Assembly: GCA_002269645.1 (NCBI GenBank)
Contig: NIVC01002040.1
Span: 146,251 to 210,250, forward strand
Length of the DNA stretch: 64,000 nt
Origin: Macrostomum lignano
Taxonomy: Eukaryota
Direction of reading: 5' to 3'
The stretch's first letter is position 1; each line of letters starts with the position of its first letter. Both the position numbers and the translations under genes were made by a program. Below, piece after piece: positions 24,501 through 37,077 of the stretch. The notes under the pieces were generated by a model that was not told the origin of the DNA, made no database searches, and worked only from the letters and a program-made list of their open reading frames with translations.

Positions 24501-26404
24501 ACATAATATTTTTAGCTTTGCAAGCATGACAAGAAATTTTTACTAATGATGGTCAATAAAAATGATAGCAATTTTCATTTCATTTGCACCCAAAAAAGAT
24601 ACCATCTCAATCTAAAACCACATTTATTGGTATATTTTTGGTTTTATTTTGCTGAACAATGATTTTTTGCTGCATTCATCATTCTTTATTACTTAATAAA
24701 AGGCAAAGGACATTTATTCTATATGTATATTGGAGAACATATTTTCATTTGTAACAATCTTTAAATTGCTTCTAAAATATCTTTTTCTAAAAGCATATTC
24801 GGAGTCTATTATAAGAGAAAGCTACCAAATTATATTGTATGCTTGTAAGTTGATTTCTAATGTTTGCATAATCACCTACTAATGACAAATATAGGCAGGT
24901 ACCTATATCAAGGATAAGATAGCCTGAAGAGGGCTGTTGGCTGCCGCTGGCCGCAGCTCTCCCTTCCCCTCTCCCTCTCCCTTTCTCCTTCTCTCCCCCT
25001 CTTCCCCTCTCCCTCCCGTTGTCCTTTTGTCTGCTTGCGCTCCCTTCTCCTTCCCCCCTTTTCTGGTTCGTTTGCGTTCCCAGTGTCTGAGCTTCTCTGC
25101 TCAGCCTGTCCTTGATTCATTGTCTATCTGGCCTCTCTCCCCTTTTTCTTGTGTGGCTACGTTTGTTCTCTCTGTCTGGTCTGTATGGTAGCGGATCACG
25201 TGCCCCCGGTGCTCTGTCCTTTTCTTGTGCAGCCTTGTGCAATCTTGGGTGTCAGTCTCTAAATTAGGAATAGCATCCTTGCCTCTCAGGTGGGGCTCCG
25301 TGCTTGTTTCTAAAAATAGAACTGAATCACGCCAGGTAGAGGGGCGCAGTGAGAGCGGCCTTGCGCACTCTGGCGCAATGGGGTGTTGCACGGTATGGTG
25401 AAATTGATCCACTATCCTATAAGTACGGGCCTCTTGTGCCTCCGTTTGGCAACCTCTTGCTTATCTGCCCTCGTTTATGAGGCTGGGCTAAGTTTCACTC
25501 TAACTTTAAGACTCGTGCATCTTGCGCTGGTCCTTGCAAACTCCTTTCTGACTTCTGATCTATCATTGACTGTGTGTCTGAGCTTGTGCTAGACTCCCGA
25601 CCAAGCTAACAAGAAACTAGCACAGTTCCTTATCCCCGCACTTGAGCCCGGCAGGACCGCTGACAAGGTGTGCACTGGTGCCAGCTGTCAAATCTGCATG
25701 GCATGCTAAGTTCTTGTGTCTCGTTTATTTTGCTCAGCCCGGAGTCTCCCTCTGTCGCCACTTTCCTAGTCATTTCTTAGTTCACCTTCACTTGTCTCTG
25801 TTTACTCCGTTTTCTCTCTCTCTCTGTCTAGCTCAATCTTGTTATTCTTATCTCTCTCTCCCTTGCTGCGTTCTGATTGGCTCTCCGTTCTCGCCTCTTT
25901 CTTCAGTCGCGCACTCCACCCCCTCTCTTTATTATTCTGGGCTCAACCCCCAAAGTTAAATGTTCTACAAATATATCGGTTTGGGCCCTACACCCACTTA
26001 CTGCTTATCTTATTCCTCCAATTTAACTCCAATTAAATATCTCATAATTCAATCGTTAGTATTTTCTCTACACCCTCATTGAAGGACAAGATCCAAGCGA
26101 GCTGGTGGCAGCGCTACCTACGCTACAAGGATTGTTTCTAAGAAACTGGCAGCTAGAGATCAACGCCCTGCACCAGGAGACCTACCAGGCCATTTCTAGT
26201 CGACAGCGCAGAAGCCTGTACTTCACTAGTGGCAACGGTGGGATTCCAAGACCTACGGCTAGGCCAACCGAGACAAACTAGAAACCACCAAACAACTGTA
26301 CTTTACTTTTCAAGCGTAAACCTGCGGAATTAATCTAAGTGTTCAACTGGGCTCTTTGCCTAATTGGTAGAGTTGAATTCAATTAAAAAGATTAATGCAA
26401 ACTA

Positions 26405-27704
26405 TAGGGTGGGCAGAAAGTAACTCCCTATTTTAAATTACTTATAAATTGTATATAATTTGTTACTGCTTTGTCATATTTTTATGATTAATTCTCTCAA
26501 ATAGTACAATTTTATTGATAGTTTTGTTTTTGATTTTAGATAAAACTGTAACATGGCTCAGCAGTTACCACTTCAGGAGCGTGCCCAGTTGGCATCACAA
26601 TATGAAGTTTGGCAATCTGTTGTACAAGTTCAATGATGGTGGTGGACTATTCATGGACCATGTGCACAAGTGGATCCAAAAACAATAAGAAACTTTCATG
26701 TGAAGCTCATGACCACAGGATCTGCGGTAGATGTTTGCAGAAGTGGACACCCTTTGACATCCACAACCCAGGAAACAGTGCACACAGTCCAAGCAATGTT
26801 TCAGCATAATCCAGGAAAATCAACTTGCCAGGCAGCTTGGGAAAGTGGACTCACCCACTACACAGTGCGAACTGTGCTCAAGAAAGAGTTGAACTGGCGT
26901 GTGTGGAAGCTGCACTACTGCCAATCTCTCTTGGATGAAGACTGTGACATTCGCATGGAGTTTAGAGAAATCATGCTGGCTTGGCATGAAGAGTGGCCCC
27001 ATCTTTTCCGCAACATCCTCTGGACTGATGAGGCTGTGTTTCACATTGTAGGCTTTGTCAACTGTCACAACTGCCACTACTGGGCAGGAGAGGATCCTAT
27101 GATGACAGTTGAAAAATAGCAAAATCGACCCAAAGTAACAGTGTGGTGTGGTATCACCTCAGATCAGGTTGTGGGCCCATTTTTTCTATGCAACACCATG
27201 AATGCTGAACAATACCTTGATATATTGCGTGATAGTCTGGCCAGTGGTCAGAACATTGACAAGTTGATATTTATGCAAGATGGCGCCCCGCCACACTTTG
27301 CTCTTGTTGTCCACAAATGGCTGGATGCTCGCTTTCCGGGGTGTTGGTTGGGACGTTGTGGTCCACATGAATGGCCATCCAGGAGCCCGGATTTGACACC
27401 CTGCAACTTTTTTCTTTGGGGTTGGGTAAAGGAAGAAGTCTACCGCTCCAAACCAATGTTTCTCGAAGAACTGGAGAATTGAATAAGGGGAGTCATGTCC
27501 ATCATCCCAGCAGAGTTTCTGAGAAAGTCAGTGGATACCATTCCTGAACGTTTGCAGCAGCTGGTGGAAAGATCTGGGGCACATATTGAATTTTAGAGAT
27601 AGCTTACCATTTATGCCTACCTTTTATGATTAATTTTTTTGAGAATAAATATAATGTACATTGTTTTATTAATTAAAATAGGGAGTTACTTTCGGCCCAC
27701 CCTG
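26405..27704 (+). mobile_element. Full-length 1300-bp Tc1/mariner element of the DD41D (rosa-like) type, defective
   Basis: ~32-bp TIRs (T/CAGGGTGGGC(A/C)GAAAGTAACTCCCTATTTT at 26405.. and its reverse complement ending 27704), TA on both sides (26403-4, 27705-6). Pseudo-ORF 26553-27596 with WTDEA, QDGAPPH and WPSRSPDLTPC(N)FFLWG; 41 residues between D2 and D3 (D3 now N); in-frame stops at 26634, 27117, 27480. Confidence 0.92.
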
Positions 27705-28639
27705 TATGTCTCTGCTTCTAAGATGCTGGCATCAGGAGAGCAATATAATTTGGCCCATCAAATTCTGGAGTATATGGCCTATGTCACCAACAAGCCATTC
27801 TACGAGTATACTATATACAGCCTTACAGCCTGTTTGTCTATGGATTTGTTTGGAAATGCTAGGATGGCCTTATTGCAGAGACTATCCAGAATTGTGAATG
27901 AAAAGGGCAAATACAAATTTAACTACTGCTTCTTCCTCTGCCAGTCCATTAGTCAGCTTTGCATACCCAGTGACATTAAATCTAAAGATGCAATTCTGTG
28001 GTATCAGCCAATTATGGCTATTGAGTAAGAGCAGCTGACAGAGTGGGGTAAGGGTGCCGTGGCCATTAACATGCAGCAGACAGCGGCAAAAGTGACAAAG
28101 ATGTTCCGGAGCTATGCTAGGAGCAATCCCAAGTGCAAGGTTCCTTTGGAATATTGTACTACCCATGTGACACCCAAGCTGATCATTAGGCACAAGGGCA
28201 AATCTTGCTCCGACAGCTCCACTTTGTCTGATATTACTGAGGTTTGAATAGTCAAAATTGAAACTTTGCAAACTTATATATTAAATTATATCAATATAGC
28301 ACAATTACACTAACTAGGCTTAGGGCTTTTTAAATTTATATCAAAATTTATATTTAATATGGCCTATTACTATTAGCATATCGAAGAATATATCTAACAT
28401 TTTTCAATCCTAATCTTTCTAAAAATCTGGGTTTCTTTGGCCTTAGTCTTTATAGAATAGATACCATTTTGACCTTGATATTTCTTCAGTTTAGTCTCAT
28501 TTCTAGGTATAATCCATATTTGAATATTTCTTAGTTTAAATTAATTGTTCTCAAAAGCTAGTCTATCCTTAGGCCTAGCCTTAATTTTTCTAACAATGTA
28601 GCTTTCCCCTATCCTAATCATAATCTTTTAGAGAATCTA

Positions 28640-28935
28640 GTGGCTCTATAACCTTAATCTTTTAAGGAATCTATCCACTTACCTATCCTAATCCTCTAAG
28701 AAATCTAGCCACTTTATTATCCCAATCCTCTAGGGAATTTAGCTGTTTTCTTATCCAAATCCTCTAGGGTATCTAGCCATTCCCTTTTCCCAATCTTCCA
28801 GGGAATCCAACCACTTCCATTTCCCAATCTTCTAGGGAATCCAACCACTCTCATTTCCCAATCCTCTAGGAAATGCAGCCACTCTCCTATTCAAATACCC
28901 TGGGGAATCTAGCCACTCTCCTTTCCTAATCCTAT
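28640..28935. repeat. Decayed ~34-bp minisatellite (CCAATCCTC(C/T)AGGGAATC(C/T)AGCCACT...)
   Basis: Related units with C/T variants, e.g. 28794-28803 vs 28828-28837. Confidence 0.75.
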
Positions 28936-29672
28936 AGATTAGCCACTCAAGTTGTGCAATTCCAATCCCTGGAACTATTTTTGCATAGTATTCAAAATTA
29001 GAAGTCAAACTCAAACAAAAACTTGTTAATACTCATAGTTAGGATAGATAGCTTTTGACTTGTAGAATATTCAACTAGCTCCAAGATCATGTTATTGAAA
29101 CGATGGCTTTATTATTATTAAAATTGTATACAAAACATTTAGCTAGGGTGGATGCCATGTAATGAAGAAGTGAAAGGAGCAGGCCTAATTTCATTGGTTG
29201 ACGCAGCAGATGAGTAGTCGAAAGGTTACAAACCATTGTCGGGAACCAATTTGTCTGCTAAGCAGACAAATTGGCGGCAGACAAATCAACTGGAATCCTT
29301 ATAGGCCAATCTGTAATGTAAGACTTTATTATTTAAATATGATGAATTTGTCAAATATTTTAGAATTTAAACCAAATTAAACAAAATAACATAGGTCTTA
29401 GAATAGATTAAAGCACATTTTTATAATAGCTAAGAAATAAAACCTTAAATAAAGTTTAAAAATACATCTGCTTCTAATTATGAAGTTATCAAATCCTTAC
29501 AATGCAATCTTTCTTGCAAGTAGAGCAGGGAGTATGCTCTTAACAGTCCACTTTGGTAACAAATGATGACCAATTCAAGAGCAGCCACTTTGGTAAAAGC
29601 TATTTTGGCAACAAGCAAATGAGAATTCCTGTTTTATTCGCCAATATTGATTGAAATGTACGCGCAGCGCAT

Positions 29673-29906
29673 GACTAAGACCGCCACATACCAAGACCAC
29701 CACAGCTTACAGCTATTACTGGCTATTGGTAGTGAGGGGGAGCTACCAATCTTCTAGCATTGCTATTCCTCTCATAGGTTCTTTTCTTGCTGTTGGCTCT
29801 CCTACCTACTCATTTCCTCTCTAGCACTATCTAATAACACATAAATTCAAATTTCTCCCTTAGCTCCCCCAAGTGTAGCAGTCTTAGTGTGTGGCAGTCT
29901 TTGGTC
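29673..29906. mobile_element. Decayed MITE with ~33-bp imperfect TIRs
   Basis: GACTAAGACCGCCACATACCAAGACCACCACAG vs reverse complement of right end GACCAAAGACTGCCACACACTAAGACTGCTACAC; differences mostly C/T transitions. Confidence 0.55.
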
Positions 29907-30504
29907 CTACACCGTACACGCATACATAGTGAATGACATATATGGTAGGCCTAGTGACTCTGTCCAGTATTAGATAAATAAAATATCATTAGCAGCTGAC
30001 CTAATCAACATGGAGTTAAGTCAAGTTGTTAGGTATAGAGTTAAATTTTGATTAGGCCTAATTTTAATAATTTAATAATAAATAATTATTATATTCTTAG
30101 GCTATAGTCTTATGCCAGTAACCACAAATATTATCCACATTGTGTGATGTGTCAATAAGCCCAAATGCTTTGCTTATTTGCATAGTAACTAAAATATAAA
30201 ACATGTAAAAATGGGGCCTACTACTGCTAGTGCTAGTCTTAATTTAGCAATTAGCATATTTAGTTTTGGTATTATTCTTTGATTTTATTTGATAAATAGG
30301 CCTTAATAAAAATATGAAATTTTCTTGCCAAACCAAAGTTTCCTAACTATATTGTCATTGTATCAATGGGCTAGGCCCTATTACTTGTTTGATTTTTTAT
30401 AGTTGTTTTTTAATATATTCTGTTATATTATTTATACTTTCTATTTTTGTAATTTAGCTGCCATGTAATTAAGCCGGTCATTACTACCATGGCATTATAT
30501 GGTC

Positions 30505-31091
30505 ACCACACTCCGGATCATCCCGATCGGGCGTGCATTGGCCTTGCACGCCAAAATTAGGCGTGCACAGTTGCGTGCATCACTCCTAAGAAAAAAGTAT
30601 GTGTGCACACCTGGCGTGCACTTTATAGAATCACGCGTAAGAGTTATTGTAAAGTAGAAAAAAGATGAAAAAAGTTCATCGGAAGTTATAGCCAATTCGG
30701 ATGTTTTTCTCACCATTTTCTTGACGAGTCTTAAGCTCTTTAAGTTCATTCTAAGGCGCAAATTTCAAGCTTTCCAGTTTTTTCCAGCTCGTAAAATAGT
30801 ATTTAAACAAATCTTTGCGTGTATAAACTTTCCGCTGTAAATAGTATCGCCAAAAAAGCTTTAAAGCAACAAAATTATCTAATAATAAGGGTCTATCACG
30901 CAATTCAAAAAAAGGTCTTTTATTGTCACAACGTAAAAAAGGTCATTTTAATGACAATGCCATTTATTGTCGCAACACCGGCGTATTTTTGAGAATGGTC
31001 GTGCACTGTCTTTTTTTTCGGCGTGCATTTATGTAATTATTCAATTTTTGTTCAGTCGTGCACCCAGCATGATCATGATCCGGACTATGGT
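30505..31091. mobile_element. CpG-intact non-autonomous DNA element, 17-bp imperfect TIR ACCA(C/T)A(C/G)TCCGGATCAT, 7 subterminal CGTGCA motifs
   Basis: TIRs at 30505-30521 and 31075-31091; CGTGCA clustered near both ends; CpG-rich against CpG-poor flanks. Confidence 0.6.
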
Positions 31092-32028
31092 ATATGGATA
31101 ATATTATAATTTGTTAAAGCATAGGACCTATGTTAAAAGTAGCTAGTGGGCCTAGGCCTATTCTTATTATAAGCTAGATCACATCATATCTATCAGTATT
31201 GGGCACCATTAATGAAAATTTTCACTTTTATTAATGGCAAAAGTATTTGGGTTAAAACAAAAAATCTTAACTTTTTAACTCTTAATTTTGTTGAGTTAAT
31301 TGAAAATTACCTGATAATTATAATAAACATTAATGTAATAATTTAAGTTTAACATTGAAAATATAGAAATCTTACTTTCTTCTAAAATAGATTTCATAAT
31401 GTACTGTTTTTGCTTTTCCATCTTTTTAGTAAAACATAGAGGTCATTAAGCAACATACAAGCTAAAAATTATAAGAGTAATTATAAAAATATTAATACTA
31501 CTAAAACTAAGCATAAAGTAAAAGAAGGCCCTAGGCCTAAGCCTAACTTATTTGAAACTTGAAAGCTAATTAGTTAATAATAAAATACAAATAGGAAAGT
31601 TATTTCCACATATAACTGGAATATATTGAAGGACTTGGGGGGGGGGGTAGCACACCTTGTGTGCTTGTGCTTATTGAAAATGGAAGTACCTCATTTCTCT
31701 TCCCTTTTTCCTACCTTTACTCTCTTTCCCAATTGATTTATCATTCACTTAATCACTTATGCAGCATTGTAGACAGTAGACTGCAGTACTAAACTAACTG
31801 CATTGTAGTCTGTACCCTGTAGGCTACACTCTCTACATGCTGTATTGTATGTCTGGCAAACTAACTTGTATATGTAATACTCATGCACTCATATATATAG
31901 ATTATAGGTGTACATTATTTGAGTCATTCTATACTTCACTTAAAGATAGACCTGCACCTGACTATATGAGAGCTAAGCAATAAGTTTCCCGATATGCCTA
32001 GACAGAAATAGTTAGAGAGAAAAAAGTT

Positions 32029-33099
32029 GTATCTTTTCAAAATACTTTCCAGCAGATTATATGCAAATTTTCATGTGCTCAAACCAGTTGCTGAAGCAGC
32101 TGGACCAATCTGAAGCAGGCACCTCCTCCATAGGGGGCCTATGCCAGATAAAGGCCTCCACTGTAGCTTCTGGTAATCCATAGTGGATTCTACACATCTT
32201 GCACATGATTTGTAGAAATACAAAAAAGTCGCAGGGGGCCAGGTCAGGCCTGTAAGGTGGATGACCAAGCTCTTAAATGCATTCTCTGGCTAGGAACTTT
32301 GCCACTTGTCGAGCCTTGTAGGCCAGGGCATTGTTGTGATGGAGAAGGTTGAATGTCCCGAGCTCAAGTCCTTGGGCAATACCTAGAGAGAGTGCTCAGC
32401 ACTTCTGGCAGCAGATATTGGCATACTAGTCACTGGTGACTATGCTGCTACACAAGTAGAACTGTGGCCAGATGACCAGTTTTTGCCACAAAAATGGCCA
32501 CCATCTGCTTTGCCACGCTGCGCTCTCGCCAAAGATTGGATGGTTGGGTGCCGCCAACTGGAGTCCATTGAGCCGACTACTGCTTAGTGTCTAGGTCAAA
32601 ATTATAGATCCAGGACTCATCAATACTGACAATGTCCTAGACCGAGTTTGAGCTGCCTCCATTGAATCTGTCAAGCATGGTGCAGCACTAGGTCACCCAA
32701 GCTTCCTCTTGCTCTAGAGTCAGCTTATGAGGCACCTGGCATGCAGAAATCTTGCTTAGGTTGAGCTGTGAATGCAGGATCGTCCTGATGGATCTTGATG
32801 AGATGCCCACCTCTGCCTCTATCTAGGCCACAGTCACTTGGGCATTATCCTCAACCATGGCCCAGACAGCAGCAACATTATCCTTAGTAATTGTGGAGAC
32901 AAGACTGGCTGCTACACTCCTCATCATCTAGACTCTACCTGCTGCGTCAAAATTCGGCAAACTAGTCAAAAATGGTGGATCTAGAAGGTTCTTCATCCCC
33001 AAAAGCTCCTCGCAATCACTCAAGACTTTCTTGCTACTACAAACCACTTTTAAAATTGTAATAAATCATTGCTCTAAAATGACTCATATTGAGCTCCAT
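32029..33099 (-). pseudogene. Mariner (DD34D) transposase fossil, heavily mutated
   Basis: MELNMSHFRAMIYYNFKSGL...AFGDEEPSRSTIFD*FAEF...VPHKLT...IVSIDESWIYNFDLDTKQ*S...KQMVAIF...LLHHNNALAY...LGHPPYRPDLAPCDFFVF...YFEK: all mariner motifs in order, with many stops and frameshifts; intact paired TIRs not found. Confidence 0.88.
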
Positions 33100-33694
33100 T
33101 GTGAATTTGATAGATAGGGTGGGTATGCTAGCTTGGTTTGAATGCTACACTGGCTATATATGACCAGTGTGTCTGAAACTTACAAACATTGTACTTGACA
33201 CCTTGTACATTGTACTTGAAAACTTGGTTGTGGTATAACTCTTGGAAAAGGTAATGATTGTTCTGGTGTGCATTGGATATTAGAAAAAAAATTACCAGCA
33301 ATCTTAAGTGTAGACTGGGGATCAGGTGATGGTACAGCTGCAGCATATTCAAGGGAACTAGAAGCACCACTATCCCAATGTTTAGCAAGCTCACACAGAT
33401 AAGGACTGTTCATGGCAATGCAAAATCTTGTTGCTTCTAATAGATATCTATCTGAGATGCAACAACCTATGCATATTGCTCTTCTGAAATAATTTCAGCT
33501 GAAAGAGAAGCTGTTTTTGAAATGAATGAAGAAACTAGATGTCTTGAGACAGAATTTGTACAATGGCACTATGCTCATGCTAAATCTATTGCTATAGAAT
33601 CTTGCCTATCAACTGATGCTGATACTTGAAGTGTGGATCCAATGACCATATACAGCCATTTATTTGGACTAGTGGATGCTTGCTATTTTGGGGA

Positions 33695-33775
33695 TGCTTA
33701 GGGGATGCTTGCTATCTGGGGGATGCTTGCTATCTGGGGGATGCTTGCTATCTGGGGGATGCTTGCTGTCTTGGG
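33695..33775. repeat. 18-bp tandem (GGGGATGCTTGCTATCTG) x~4
   Basis: Direct repeats. Confidence 0.85.
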
Positions 33776-34289
33776 ATGATTTCTTTTTGCATTGCACTTC
33801 ATTTGAGTATTTTGTGTTGTCTTTGTGAAGGCTTTATTTGGATGTCTTTTGTTACTTGTAGAGAACAGAGATTCTATCTAGATGTCCCCCTAACGGGGGG
33901 CAAAGATTGCTAGTTAGAGACTGAGACTGATAGCCAAAAACGTGAAAGTGCTCCAAGAAAAAGATATATAGTTATACAAACAGTTAAAAGTAGTTACCTA
34001 ATGATAATATTTCTTGATGCTTGAGAAGAGCAAACCAATAATGTACTTCTATAGATTTAAGCAATTATCTATCACAGAAACAAGACAAAGCATGATATGA
34101 TAAAAGATTTATTTACTCAAGATAGTATTGTGACAGGAAGTCAAGTTGGACTTACAAGTTTGCTAAAGCCATGAGCAAGAAACCAATTCTTCCAATGCCA
34201 TTGTGCTACACACAAATTGGTGTCTTCTATGTATCATGCCTTCAAAAATTTGCCATATATATAATGCCTAGATAACAGGCAAAAAATCT

Positions 34290-34690
34290 CCCAATTGCAA
34301 CTTAGTTCCTCCCAATTGCAACTTAGTTCCTCCCAATTGCAACTTAGTTCCTCTCAATTGTGACTTAGTTCCTCCTGATTGCAACTGAGTTCCTCCCAAT
34401 TGTTACTTACAAGCTAGTTCCTCTTGATTGTAAATTAGTTCCTCCAGATTGCAACTTAGTTCCTCCCAATTGCCACTTACAAGCTAGTTCCTCTTGACTG
34501 CAAATTAGTTCCTCCCAATTGCAACTTAGTTCCTCCTGATTGCAACTTAGTTCCTTCCAATTGCAACTTAGTTCCTCCTGATTGCAACTTAGTTCCTCCC
34601 AATTGCAACTTAGTTCCTCCTAATTGTGACTTAGTTCCTCTTGATTGCAACTTAGTTCCTCCTAATTGCAATTTAGTTCCCCAATTGCAA
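34290..34690. repeat. 21-bp minisatellite (TTAGTTCCTCCCAATTGCAAC)n
   Basis: ~18 degenerate units. Confidence 0.92.
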
Positions 34691-35938
34691 CTTTATTTTC
34701 ACTTTGTATATGATTTTTCTTGCCTTTTTCTCTTTTTTTTCTCTCTCCTCTTTCCCCTCTATTCTCCCTCCTTTCTTTTCCTTTTCTCTTTCTTTCCTTT
34801 CTTTCTTCCCCCAATTTTTAGTTTTTTTGTGTTTTCAATTTTGCAACTTACCTTGGCTGGCAACCATTTGATCTGTCCAGTTTGGATAGGTCAGATGGGT
34901 GTTGGGCATGTATGTATCTGCATGATCATTGTCATAAACAAAGAGATTAATTAGGTATTTGGTAAATTCAAACATATTTATAATATTGTAACTTCTTATT
35001 AGACTTATATCTTTGTTCCTTCTTTGCATTGTTGGTCATTAACATTGTCATTAGCATTAATGATGAATTTGTCATTAACTCACAAAATTATTAATGCAAA
35101 TTTGTTAATTTGTTAATGCAAAAAATCTGAATGGTAGTCTATTAATTTTAATGAAAAATCTTAATGTTTATTAATGGATTAATGCTTATTAACATACTGG
35201 TACTGAACACTGCATCATATATATTATATTTTTTATTATTTTAATGGCATTTTTTGTTTTATGATTATGTAGCACCATCCACTATTCATATAGAAGTGGG
35301 GACTTTCTAAATACAATCCCCTTAGAATATAGCAAAATTACAAGTTAAAATTACTCTTATAATCAAACTTCAAATAGAACCACTTCTAAGCATTGTAGCA
35401 TCAAGTCTCGGGGTAACATGGTAGGTCTTTGAATCCCACCACTGCTATCAATGTTGTACCTGTGCTTCTCCTGCTGTCTAGCACAGTGATTTGGCATCTC
35501 CATCTTCTCAACTGGAAGCCTTCTATTAGCTGTTAGTAGCGTAAGTAGTGCTGCCACCAGTTCCTTCAGGTCTCGGCCTTCAGTGCATGAGGTGAGCTTC
35601 CCATTGGAATGAAATAAACAAGTCAACAAACTCAGCACAGCGTGCAGATTTGCAGATTAATGAACAATGTATCCTGGTCAGCAGATCCTGCTGGGCTCAG
35701 GGGGTGGCTGGGAAGGCAGTGTTAGCCTCCCTTAGGCTTAGGCATCTAAGTTTAGTCAGGCCAATGGGCAACTGGACAAAGTCAACAAGAAGAAGAATTA
35801 GAAGACAATAAGAAGACTAATTCAAAAACTAGGAGACTAAAAAGACAAAATTCTTGACTGAACCAAAGGTGAGGGGCACATATTTATAGGCAGGAAATCC
35901 CCGCTGCACCAGTGTGCACTGGACCTTGTGACTCTGTT

Positions 35939-36096
35939 CTATTTTTAGAACTGACGTCACCCTCTGCCTTAGAAAAGGCAGGGTCCATGGGTAAAGTGCA
36001 GAGGGCCGCATGACTCAGTATCTATTTTTAGAAACATGAGTCACCTATTACCTTAGAGAAAGCAAGGGCCCCAAAGCACGTGATTCCTCCTATAAA
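35939..36096 (+). promoter_or_regulatory. Dense cluster of consensus TF sites (MEF2 x2, CRE, AP-1 x2, E-box, TATA); candidate enhancer, promoter or LTR remnant
   Basis: CTATTTTTAG 35939-48 and 36022-31; TGACGTCA 35952-59; TGACTCA 36011-17; TGAGTCA 36037-43; CACGTG 36077-82; TATAAA 36091-96. Confidence 0.4.
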
Positions 36097-36428
36097 TATA
36101 GGCCAACAAGTGCAGTAAACATGGGTCATATAAAGGGCTTCGAGAAAACAAGACTTGTCAGGTGACTTGCTCACATGACAAGGGAAACAGGCCGGCAGCG
36201 TGACCTCAGGACAGGAACAAACCGCAGAGTAGGCCACAGTAGAGAAGCTCGTGGCTGCAAGCAAGAGCACAGAGAAGAGGGGGGTGTCAGAGAACAGGCA
36301 GCAAAAGGAAAAGGAGCCTGCCCAGCGTCAGACAGCAACCCAGGGCGAGGGCAAAGGAATCTGCTGACAATAGTGCAACGCCCAACACCAAACTAGCAGA
36401 TCACTACACTTGTGTTTTGTTGTAAAGG

Positions 36429-37077
36429 TAGCTTATATTCACTTTCATCATATAATCATTTAAATGGTAAATTCATATGTAGGTAATTGTAAGATAAAAC
36501 CAAAAGAGCTTGTAGGTTTCAAATTATAATCACACCAATAGTAAAATTGTATTAGAGAGATGATATTTCAAAATTTTAAGAAATTATTGATATATTAATC
36601 AACTGATAGACATCTTGCTGTTTTGTCTTAGCTATGTCTTGGATATTCTGCGGAACCAAGAATTGGACATTTATAACTAAGATACCTGCTTCTAGCCCCC
36701 TCACTTTCATCTTACAATCTCCTTGTAAAATGGATATATGTTTTATATTGAGTGGGGATCATAAGATGAAAGTGAGGGAGGGTGCAAAAACAATTATCAT
36801 AATAAAAGTTTTGTTCTCAACCATGCATCGATTATTGATGAAGATATACTGTTTGACATAGATTAGACTTTGTGTCTATAGAATAAACATAATCAAACTA
36901 TGAATTTGGGTCCATATTAATCTATTCAATTTTGTGATATGATCCCTCTAATACAATTTTACTATTAGTGTGATTGTAATTGAAAACCTACAAACTCCTT
37001 TGGTTTTATCTTAATAATAAAATCACATATATAATTCATCATTTAAATAATTGTATAACAAAAGTGAATATAAGCTA
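36429..37077. mobile_element. ~650-bp foldback/MITE with ~165-bp diverged TIRs and an internal perfect 17-bp inverted repeat
   Basis: TAGCTTATATTCACTTT...ATAGTAAAATTGTATTAGAG arms are mutually reverse-complementary; inner CCCTCACTTTCATCTTA 36698-36714 pairs with 36762-36778. Confidence 0.8.

Noticed and set aside
24900-26300. GC-richer, CpG-containing segment that may be a retroelement 5'/ORF1 remnant
   Set aside because: All frames are interrupted and I could not identify gag, ORF1, RT or LTR hallmarks.
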